From contig CBDESU010000002.1 of assembly GCA_965242695.1 (NCBI GenBank), positions 1,088,001 through 1,152,000 on the forward strand: DNA of 64,000 nt, in the 5' to 3' direction. Origin of the DNA: Cenarchaeum sp. (GTDB lineage Archaea; Thermoproteota; Nitrososphaeria; Nitrososphaerales; Nitrosopumilaceae). Below, piece by piece: positions 50,034 to 58,696 of this stretch. The stretch's first letter is position 1. The number at the start of each line of letters is the position of its first letter. Both the position numbers and the translations under genes were made by a program. The notes under the pieces were generated by a model, which worked only from the letters and a program-made list of their open reading frames with translations, was not told where the DNA came from and did no database searches.

Positions 50034-51911
50034 ATGATGCTTGAGCGCTGGACTAGCATCGCGCTGGCCGCAATCGCAGCGTGCACCGCACTTGGCATAT
50101 CTCAGGTGGACCACCTGCCAATGATTGACGAGCGCGTCATATTTCTCGTCGAAGTCGCACTGGCAGTAGGCATAGGCCTGTTTGTCTTCCAGTACTCGCG
50201 GCACAGCGATCGACTCATCGACAGACACGTAGACGAGGTGGGGTTGCTGATGAAACGCAACGAAAGGGCAAAGCAAGTGCGCAAGATTCGTGCAAACCGT
50301 GCGCTGTATTCCAACATGCACGCCATGGCAGACATATGCTCCAAGCTGGTCAATATGGCGGGCGGGCAGTCCGGCATAGCCGCGACAGAGTGGGAGTCGT
50401 TCAAGTCAGACGTTATTGCCATGCACGGCCAGATAGAGGATCGCTTGGACAGCCTCGGACGAAACTTGGAATCTTCTGACCATCTTGACGATGTAATATA
50501 CGACAAAATACGCAATGCGGTCGACATGTGGGACGAAAAGATTCGCATCGACGACGACAATAAAACCGTCAATGTCCTACAGTACCAGACGATGCTGGAT
50601 ATGCTAAACCAAGTACTACCCCGACTGGGGCGTCGCCAAGGGCTAGGCATGGACGTACCCTTGTCGATGTTCAGGCCTGCCGAATTCATAAGCCAGTCCG
50701 ATCGACTTACGATTGCCCTTGATCGTGACACGTATCCCCCAGGCGCGGCGATCCACATAACGCTGACGGCGGCAGGGCGACTACCTGGCCGGAAGATCAT
50801 TGTCACCATACTAGATATGGACCTCAATGCCGTGGCCCGGAAAACGGTAGTTGCACCGGGACATTCAAGGTCGCCGATCGCTCTGCTCCGGGCCCGGCTC
50901 GGACCGCGGGGATCCCAAGACGATCCCGCGAGCCAGGGAGGCGGGTGCAGAGTCGCCGCTACTGTGGTGGACATGAGGCCGAAGGGTGCGTCGGAGGGTG
51001 GACAGTACATCGTACGCGCTGCGTGCGGAGGCTTGATCTCCGAGACCACCTTCGATGTCGTGTCGACGCCTCCAGAAGTGCAGACCGACAAATCCGAATT
51101 CCTGATGGGAGGGGACATGATCGTGACCGTCATAGACCCTGCCGCCAACAAGGACGGAACAAAGAGGGACATTGCGGGCGCATCGGACCAATCGCGACTT
51201 GTCATTGATTCCCCGCACGGCCAGATCGACGGCTACAAGCTTGTGGAGACTGGCAATTCAACGGGTGTATTCCAAGGATTAGTGCGGATCATTGGCGTCC
51301 GTAACGATGGCTCGATCAGGGGCACAGAAATCGACGGGGCAAACATCGACAAGACGCAGGGCAAGGGAAACGAGGATGGCGCCATAGTTTGCGGTCCAGG
51401 CCAAGCTATCCATATCCGGTACACGAACGAAATCGGAAGTGTGGCGACGACGGTATTTGGCATGGGGGTTAATCCCGTCATAGAGCTAGACAAAAAACAA
51501 TATGCGTGCTTTGACAGGGTGGACATATGTGTGATTGCACCCCACATTGCAGGAGAGGAAGAAGCGCCGCCGGTTATAGGGGACAGCAGACAAGACTGCT
51601 GGGTGTCGATTTCCTCCGCCAAGGCGTCGATCGAAGGATATAGGCTGATCGAAAGCGGGCCTGAAAGCGGCATATTCACGGGTGCGGTATCGCTCACGGG
51701 GCTTGCCTCCATGGAGGGCGACGGATCGCCTAAAGGGATACGATGTGGAGAGACAGGCGGTGCGGGTCCGAACAGAGGAAGGCTGGCGTGTGGATCGAAC
51801 GACACGGTCACGGTGCGCGTCACGTCCGCGTTCGCAGAGCCTGTAGAGACATCTGCGCACATACGCCAGTACGCGAACGTACATGATAAGAAAGATCCGC
51901 CCGCCGGATAG
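50034..51911 (+). CDS. Membrane protein with helical region and two S-layer-like Ig repeats
   Basis: Two N-terminal TM helices; repeats YKLVETGNSTGVFQG.V and YRLIESGPESGIFTG.V; lower GC than the host. Confidence 0.7.
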   Translation: MMLERWTSIALAAIAACTALGISQVDHLPMIDERVIFLVEVALAVGIGLFVFQYSRHSDRLIDRHVDEVGLLMKRNERAKQVRKIRANRALYSNMHAMADICSKLVNMAGGQSGIAATEWESFKSDVIAMHGQIEDRLDSLGRNLESSDHLDDVIYDKIRNAVDMWDEKIRIDDDNKTVNVLQYQTMLDMLNQVLPRLGRRQGLGMDVPLSMFRPAEFISQSDRLTIALDRDTYPPGAAIHITLTAAGRLPGRKIIVTILDMDLNAVARKTVVAPGHSRSPIALLRARLGPRGSQDDPASQGGGCRVAATVVDMRPKGASEGGQYIVRAACGGLISETTFDVVSTPPEVQTDKSEFLMGGDMIVTVIDPAANKDGTKRDIAGASDQSRLVIDSPHGQIDGYKLVETGNSTGVFQGLVRIIGVRNDGSIRGTEIDGANIDKTQGKGNEDGAIVCGPGQAIHIRYTNEIGSVATTVFGMGVNPVIELDKKQYACFDRVDICVIAPHIAGEEEAPPVIGDSRQDCWVSISSAKASIEGYRLIESGPESGIFTGAVSLTGLASMEGDGSPKGIRCGETGGAGPNRGRLACGSNDTVTVRVTSAFAEPVETSAHIRQYANVHDKKDPPAG

Positions 51912-52136
51912 GCGAAAAGGCTACTTTGTCGGATGTGTGGCGCCTGACTCTGGGGCACCCGTGACACCTTGTGGTCATCTCGGGCCGCACTGCAAAGACT
52001 TTTTGTGACTGGAGGTGGGGCAGTGATAGGAATCCCCGACACCACAGTGCTCAAGCATCATGCCGGCATGGAACTGGACGGCACCACCTCTCAGCATTAT
52101 GCCCGTGGAAAAACAAGTCTTGTTACAGCCGTTCCG

Positions 52137-52403
52137 CTAGTAGACATAGACGTAGCCTGGGCTACCGTGTACACCCACATCGGACTTCATCCCCATTGCC
52201 CGAAAGTGTCGTTCGACGACCTTTGCAATCCGCTCGTCGTCGGCGTCCCAGTGATGCCACCATGCGACAGTTCTCCCTATGGCCTTGTGCTCGCCGCGCC
52301 GACGGTCGGGATCGTCAGTGACGCCGATCGTCCAGTGCTTGTACGCGTAGCCGCTACTTCTGACCAGATCTGCAATCGCGAGCGCGATTCCCTTCATGTT
52401 CAT
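52137..52403 (-). CDS. Small GIY-YIG-like protein
   Basis: WTIGVTDDPDRRRGEH, A..VE..F and C-terminal YVYVY; TATATA at about 52426. Confidence 0.65.
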   Translation of the reverse strand: MNMKGIALAIADLVRSSGYAYKHWTIGVTDDPDRRRGEHKAIGRTVAWWHHWDADDERIAKVVERHFRAMGMKSDVGVHGSPGYVYVY

Positions 52404-52517
52404 GGCAGGAGGGCAGGCGCGGTAGTATATATGTATTTTAAACCGCTAGCCTGCCTTGGTTCGAGCAACCCTGAGAGTCTTGGCATATGATTGTGATGCG
52501 CTGGGCATTGGCCCGGC

Positions 52518-52894
52518 CCGGCCGGGCCGGGCCTGTGGGCGCGCCGCTCCGGCCGGGCCGGGCCTGTGGGCGCGCCGCTCCGGCCGGGCCGGGCCTGTGG
52601 GCGCGCCGCTCCGGCCGGGCCGGGCCTGTGGGCGCGCCGCTCCGGCCGGGCCGGGCCTGTGGGCGCGCCGCTCCGGCCGGGCCGGGCCTGTGGGCGCGCC
52701 GCTCCGGCCGGGCCGGGCCTGTGGGCGCGCCGCTCCGGCCGGGCCGGGCCTGTGGGCGCGCCGCTCCGGCCGGGCCGGGCCTGTGGGCGCGCCGCTCCGG
52801 CCGGGCCGGGCCTGTGGGCGCGCCGCTCCGGCCGGGCCGGGCCTGTGGGCGCGCCGCTCCGGCCGGGCCGGGCCTGTGGGCGCGCCGCTCCGGC
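52518..52894. repeat. 31-bp perfect tandem repeat, 12 copies (VNTR)
   Basis: Unit CCGGCCGGGCCGGGCCTGTGGGCGCGCCGCT with no spacers. Confidence 0.95.
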
Positions 52895-53097
52895 TAGGCA
52901 GGGGCGCAGACGCCCCTAGCGACGCCTAAACTCTTATAGTATCGTACGGTACCGCGCCAGCGGTGTGAAAACATTTTGTCTAGAATGCAGATCAAACTTG
53001 ACCATCTCCCACCTCCAAGATCGCATGCGAAGTGTGGCATGTCACATTCGGCCAGAGGTGCCCAGGCGGGGACATGCCGCGGGGACGGTGGGGTAGC

Positions 53098-53634
53098 ATG
53101 AGCGCCGCCGAGCGCCTCGCGCAGGTGCATGCCACCGGCTTTGAGCTCGAAGAGGTAAAGTTCTCGTTCACGCGCGACGTGAAGATCGGCGTCGCCGGCA
53201 TCGACATAAGCGCAAAGGCCGGCGAGATCATGAACCTGCCGCGCTACGTCGCCAACGTGCTCGAGGAGGGGGGCCACGGCCAGATACAGGACGTCGACAT
53301 GGTCGTCGAGCTCAAGCAGGCCACCGTCAAGGAGAACGTCCAGGGCGAGTTCGAGCTCGCCTCGCTAGACGACCACTTCTACATACGCCTCAAGGCGTAC
53401 ATGAAGAAGCTGCCCGAGTCAGACTACGACAAGGTCGAGAGCATGCTCAACTCGCTCGTGCGCAAGCGGCACGGCAAGCTCGTCCACCTGGCCGACGCCT
53501 CTAGGCTGACGGCCGAGCTGTCGGCCAAGATGACGGTCGAGGAGCGCGAGTTCTACAACGCCCTCCACGAGATCAGCGAGCAGTTCACCCGCCAGATAAT
53601 GGGCGACGGGACCAGGGGGGGCAAGGCCCGATGA
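53098..53634 (+). CDS. DNA replication GINS family protein
   Basis: Motifs LPRYVA..L, L..LD.HFY, R..KL and MTVEE..FY; overlaps the mcm start. Confidence 0.88.
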   Translation: MSAAERLAQVHATGFELEEVKFSFTRDVKIGVAGIDISAKAGEIMNLPRYVANVLEEGGHGQIQDVDMVVELKQATVKENVQGEFELASLDDHFYIRLKAYMKKLPESDYDKVESMLNSLVRKRHGKLVHLADASRLTAELSAKMTVEEREFYNALHEISEQFTRQIMGDGTRGGKAR

Positions 53635-55832
53635 GCTCTGCACAGCAGGAGCAACAGTGGGAGCGCCAGCGCCAGCGCCAGGATCAGGCCGCTTCCGGCG
53701 GCGGCGACGGCGGTGCGGGGAGCGGCCCCGGGGCCGATCCCGGGGACGGCGGCGGCCAGCGCGGGGACATGACCGACTCGGCGCTGTCCGACCTATCAAA
53801 GATATTCCTCTCGAGGCACAAGGACAAGGAGGGCCGCTACAAGTACGTCGAGCAGATCGACGAGATGATGCCAAAGGGATCCACGTACATCGCGGTCGAC
53901 TACAACGACCTCGTCTCGTTTCCGCGCCTCGATGCCGAGTTTACCGACGAGCCCGACGGCGTGCTGCGCGCGTTCTCTAGCGCGATCGGCGAGATACTGC
54001 GCGAGCGGTTCCCAAAGTACGCCGACAAGATCGCCGACAAGATACGCGCGCGCGTCGTAAACTACCCCGTCCAGCGCAACCTGCGCAGGATCAACGCCGA
54101 GATAATCAACAAGATGACGAGCGTGTCGGGGATGGTCGTGCGCGCCTCCGAGGTAAAGCCGCTCGCCAAGGAGCTGGTCTACCTGTGCCCCGCCGGCCAC
54201 TACACAAAGGCAGTCCAGTTCAAGGGCATGAGCGTCTCGGCGCCGTCAAAGTGCGCCGAGCCAAAGTGCGGCATGCGCGACCTCGATCCGCAGCTCGAGC
54301 TGAGCAAGTTCATCGACTTCCAGATACTGCGCCTGCAGGAGCTGCCCGAGGACCTCCCGCCCGGCCAGCTGCCCCACTACATCGACGTGGCAATCAAGCA
54401 GGACCTCGTCGACAACGCCCGCCCGGGCGACAGGATCATACTGACGGGCATAGTGCGCATCGAGCAGGAGGCCGTGACGGGCGTGAGCCGCGCCAACAGC
54501 GCCCTCTTCCAGCAGAAGATCGACGGCAACAACGTAGAGTACCTTGGCGGGCGCGGCTCGAAGACGTCGCGCCGCACCGAGCGCGAGGAGATATCGCCCG
54601 AGGAGGAAAAGATCATAAAGGCCCTGTCCAACTCGGACGACATCTACCAAAAGCTGATAAACTCGTTCGCCCCGCACATACGCGGCCAGGAGACCATAAA
54701 GGAGTCCATACTGCTGCTCATCGTCGGCTCGACGCAGCGCCTGCTGCAGGACGGCAGCAAGATACGCGGCGACATCAACGTGTTCCTCGTCGGCGACCCC
54801 GGCACGGCAAAGAGCGAGATGCTAAAGTTCTGCGCCCGGATAGCGCCGAGGGGCCTGTACACGTCGGGCCGCGGCTCGACGGCCGCCGGCCTGACTGCCG
54901 CCGTCGTGCGCGACAAGTCGGGGATAATGATGCTGGAGGCCGGCGCCGTCGTGCTCGGAGACCAGGGCCTAGTGTGCATCGACGAGTTCGACAAGATGAA
55001 GCCCGAGGACCGCAGCGCCCTGCACGAGGTGATGGAGCAGCAGTCTGCGAGCATCGCAAAGGGCGGGATCGTGGCGACCCTCAACGCCCGCACGTCAATA
55101 CTCGCGGCGGCAAACCCCATGTACGGCAAGTACGACCCGTTCAAGAACATCACCGAGAATGTGAACCTCCCGATACCGCTGCTCACGCGGTTCGACCTGA
55201 TCTTCGTCCTGCGCGACATACCGGCGGCCGAAAAGGACCGCAACATCGCAAAGCACATCATCGACCTGCACACGCCGGTCGGCACCGAGAACCGCTCCCT
55301 CATAGACGCCGAGATACTCACAAAGTACCTGGCGTACGCAAAGCGGTTCAACCCGAGCCTGACAAAGGCGGCCGAGGAGAAGATCATAGACTACTACCTA
55401 AAGATGCGCACCGTAGAGTCCGAGGAGATGGTCACGGTGACGCCGCGCCAGCTAGAGGGGCTCGTGCGGCTAGCGACGGCCAGGGCCCGGCTCCTCATGA
55501 AGCCGCAGGTCGACGAGGACGACGCGCAGAGGGCCATCGACCTCATGCAGAGCATGCTGCAGGACGCCGGCGTCGACGTCAACACGGGCCAGGTCGACCT
55601 CGGGGTGCTGCAGGGCAGGCCGCGCAGCGAGGTCTCCAAGATGCAGCTGTTCATGGACATACTGCGCTCGCTCGAGGGCGAGAACAAGTCGCCCGTCGAG
55701 GAAAAGGCGTTCATCGGCGAGCTTACAAAGTCGGGCAAGTTCTCCGAGGAGGAGGCGCGCAACTACATCCGCAAGATGTCAAAGGAGTCTGCCATATACG
55801 AGTCCAAGCCGAACCACTTCAACAGAGTGTAG
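53631..55832 (+). CDS. mcm: Minichromosome maintenance replicative helicase
   Basis: Zn finger, RGDINVFLVGDPGTAKS, IDEFDKM, AAANP, LLTRFD, TPRQLE and wH domain. Confidence 0.97.
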   Translation: MSSAQQEQQWERQRQRQDQAASGGGDGGAGSGPGADPGDGGGQRGDMTDSALSDLSKIFLSRHKDKEGRYKYVEQIDEMMPKGSTYIAVDYNDLVSFPRLDAEFTDEPDGVLRAFSSAIGEILRERFPKYADKIADKIRARVVNYPVQRNLRRINAEIINKMTSVSGMVVRASEVKPLAKELVYLCPAGHYTKAVQFKGMSVSAPSKCAEPKCGMRDLDPQLELSKFIDFQILRLQELPEDLPPGQLPHYIDVAIKQDLVDNARPGDRIILTGIVRIEQEAVTGVSRANSALFQQKIDGNNVEYLGGRGSKTSRRTEREEISPEEEKIIKALSNSDDIYQKLINSFAPHIRGQETIKESILLLIVGSTQRLLQDGSKIRGDINVFLVGDPGTAKSEMLKFCARIAPRGLYTSGRGSTAAGLTAAVVRDKSGIMMLEAGAVVLGDQGLVCIDEFDKMKPEDRSALHEVMEQQSASIAKGGIVATLNARTSILAAANPMYGKYDPFKNITENVNLPIPLLTRFDLIFVLRDIPAAEKDRNIAKHIIDLHTPVGTENRSLIDAEILTKYLAYAKRFNPSLTKAAEEKIIDYYLKMRTVESEEMVTVTPRQLEGLVRLATARARLLMKPQVDEDDAQRAIDLMQSMLQDAGVDVNTGQVDLGVLQGRPRSEVSKMQLFMDILRSLEGENKSPVEEKAFIGELTKSGKFSEEEARNYIRKMSKESAIYESKPNHFNRV

Positions 55833-55934
55833 GAAGCGGAGGGCCGGCGCCAGCGCGGACGCGCGGACGATCGAGGCAAACGGCCCGGCGGGCGCGGTGC
55901 CACCGCCGCGCGGACAACAACTTGGGGCGGGGAC

Positions 55935-57286
55935 CTACGCGCAACTGCCTGAGGCTTTGGCCTTGGGATTTGCACCCTCGCGAACAATCTCGTCCATGGC
56001 CCTCATGTCTACGTCCCAGAACCCCCCGAGGCCGCCCCTGACTTGGCCGTACTCGTTTATGCGGAGGCGCTCGGCACCTGCGGCCTCTCCCCGCCCATCC
56101 GCTCCAAAGCAGTGTATGGCGACATCGTCGGGCCCCAGCGGATGGCCTTTTTTCTCGACGTATGCAAGCAGCGGGTACAGCAGGTGGTCGCTGTGGGTGG
56201 TGAATATAACCTGCCTGTCCTCTTCCACCGCCTGCCGCACCGTGATCTTCGAGAGGGCGACCTGGGCTGCGGGATCAAGGTGCATCTCCGGCTCTTCAAT
56301 GGCCACGATCGATCCTCGGGAGGAGTGTGCGAGTGCGGCCAGCACGGTCCGCGGCCGGCTTGTGCCTGGCCCCGTTCCCGTGACAGTGCCGGGCACCCGC
56401 CGCATGTCCTGCCCCCGCCCCGCCCCGCCGCCCTCGACCCCCGCGGCGGCGATGCTGCCTGCGATTTGCCCTAGGCCCACTTCTTCGAGCAGGCTCGACA
56501 CCTTTTCCGGGGGCGGGCTGTCGCCGCCGCGGTAACGGGGAGGCGCGGCCCATGGCAGGGGAACGCACCGCAGCCCGCCAAGGAGGGGGGCAAAGTACCA
56601 GCCCCGCCAAACATGCAGTCAAACGCCTTTGCCGCATCGCCACCCGCAAGATCGGCCCGTATGCAGGGTGCGAACAGGCCGTCCGAGCGGGCCGGCACGG
56701 GAGCGCCGCCACTCCCCTCTGCGCCGAATACGAGCGCCTTGCCGACGCCTTGGCTGAGCGAATGCTCCAGGCGCACGGCGCCCTGGCCCGCCGCCGACGA
56801 GCCGAAGCAGACATCGACGGAGGCATCCATGCCGGTCGGAGACAGGGACTTGTCAAGCGCCATGCGGTACGAGAAGCGGGTGCCGATCTCGCCGCTCCCG
56901 CCGGCTGCGATCATGCTGTGCCCGCCCACCCGGATGCTGGCATTGCGATCCGCGTCCCCTCCCGCGGGCTGCCCGGCGTCGGGGCCGGAGCCGCTTGGAT
57001 GCTCCGGCCCGCGGCCTTCTAGGACGGACTTGAGCAGGGCCAGGCCTCGCAGGACGGCAGACATGCCCGAGGCGGTGGGGCCAATAAGCACCGTGATTTT
57101 TCTCACGTCGATGCTCAGGTCTGCATGCCCGTCGAAGTTGCGCAAGTCCACGCGATCCAGGATCGTGCGCCGAGCTGCCTGCGTTCTATGCGTATGCCGT
57201 GAAATCTGCCGCGACATCGACTGCTGGGCAGGGGCCATGGGCGGAGTGAAGAGGCGGCATCGATACGTCTTTGTCATGTCGTTCAA
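55935..57286 (-). pseudogene. Frameshifted AAA_15/AAA_21 (ABC-class, OLD/AbiEii-like) ATPase
   Basis: LRNF..H..L.I....TVLIGPTASGMS (Walker A Lys replaced by Met) in 56471..57286; IEEPEMHLDP..Q and IFTTHSD in 55935..56501; the two parts are in different frames. Confidence 0.75.
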
Positions 57287-57358
57287 GGTCTACGCGCCGA
57301 TCTGGGCCGGCGGGCCCTGTTTGCCCTAGCCGCATTGCGTGCTCGCACCGCTGCCCTG

Positions 57359-58477
57359 TCAGCCGGCCCTCTCCAGGATCAGCACGTCGACGGCAGGTAT
57401 GGAGCGCTTGCCCCCGAACAGCGTGTCGTACTCTTGGGATCCGACGACCTCGCCCCACGCCGCGACGCCGCTGTCCTCGCCCTGGGCGATCAGCCCCTCG
57501 CGGTCCAGGCCGTCGAGCCACCGCTCCTCGGCGCCGCTGCGCGGCCTGTACTCTGACCAGATGTCCTCCTCGGGCAGCCCCATCCCGTCGGTGCTGGTCC
57601 CTATGCGAAGCACGTACGAGTCCCAAAAGGGATCCTTTTCAGCCTGTATGACGTGCCCCTCGTACCGTATGATCGTGCCGGCGTATGCGTCGGGGTTGCT
57701 CTCGAGCGATGCGTACGGCACCTCAATCGCCGCCGCCTTGATCTCGCCGTCCTCCATGCCTCCATAGGCCGTCGACTCCCTGTCCGTGCCGTACATCATC
57801 GCGTCCGGGCCGTACACGGCAAAGGCGACAAAGGCGGCGACCGGCAATGCGAACAGCACGGCCCCGATCACAAGCGACCTGCGGGCGCGCGAGGGATCCC
57901 TGTGCCTGAGTGCCGCGTACGATATTATCCCACCCACAATCGACATGAATATCGGCAGCAGGTACCACGCCGCGCTAGCGCGAGGCTGGACGGTCGGGCC
58001 AGAGCCCGCGCCTGCCCGCGCCGCATGCTCTTGGCCTCGATCGTGAGCCCCTGCACCCCGACCCTGCGGCGCCGCGTATGGCGGACTTGACCCCGCGCGA
58101 GACTGCGGGCCCGGACCATCGTCCGCCCGATACGCACGCATGTCCTCGCCGCCTCCGTAGCCGCGGCCGGCCTGCCGGGCCGCCCCCTCGTCCAGGATGC
58201 GCGCGCGTGCATCCTCGACCGGAGTTTCGGGGCCGACCCTGCCGGCTGCATCGGCGCGGCCGGGGCCGACCGGGCGCCCGGCGCGGGCGGGATCGAGGCG
58301 CGCCGCCCTCCTGCCAAGCTCGGCATGCTTGAGCTCGACGTACTGGCGATCGCTGCGGTAGACGGGCCTGCCGCGCGCAACTGTGTCGGCCACATGCGCA
58401 AGGCGTCCTGCGTCGCCGTGGCCTGCCTCCTGAAGCTCCCGAACCATGCGCCCAAGCATCTCGTCTGCCGCGTTCAC
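57359..58477 (-). CDS. Membrane protein with C-terminal OB-fold-like domain
   Basis: WYLLPIFMSIVGGIISY TM pair; Y..L..NP..Y.G..I...G.VIQ...Y.T..G....IP. Confidence 0.7.
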   Translation of the reverse strand: MNAADEMLGRMVRELQEAGHGDAGRLAHVADTVARGRPVYRSDRQYVELKHAELGRRAARLDPARAGRPVGPGRADAAGRVGPETPVEDARARILDEGAARQAGRGYGGGEDMRAYRADDGPGPQSRAGSSPPYAAPQGRGAGAHDRGQEHAARAGAGSGPTVQPRASAAWYLLPIFMSIVGGIISYAALRHRDPSRARRSLVIGAVLFALPVAAFVAFAVYGPDAMMYGTDRESTAYGGMEDGEIKAAAIEVPYASLESNPDAYAGTIIRYEGHVIQAEKDPFWDSYVLRIGTSTDGMGLPEEDIWSEYRPRSGAEERWLDGLDREGLIAQGEDSGVAAWGEVVGSQEYDTLFGGKRSIPAVDVLILERAG

Positions 58478-58696
58478 GTGCGGCGCTTCGGCAGGGTGGG
58501 TATTAACGCACTGCAAGGCCGGGACCGGCAGTGCCGCATCCCGTTTCCGCCGGGTGCATCGGGGAGGGAGAGGGGCGGCGGCAGAGGCGCGTACAAGTCG
58601 GGAGATCCCCTCCGCGGCGCCCGACAGCGGCCACAGAGGCCTCTGCCTGCGGCCCGCATACGACTCCTTTTATGGCCAGCCCTCCCGCCGCCTGCC

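Noticed and set aside
52518-52894. CRISPR array
   Set aside because: The 31-bp units are head-to-tail with no unique spacers, and no cas genes are present.
52456-52929. ORFs spanning the 31-bp repeat
   Set aside because: They are open only because the repeat lacks stop codons in all frames.
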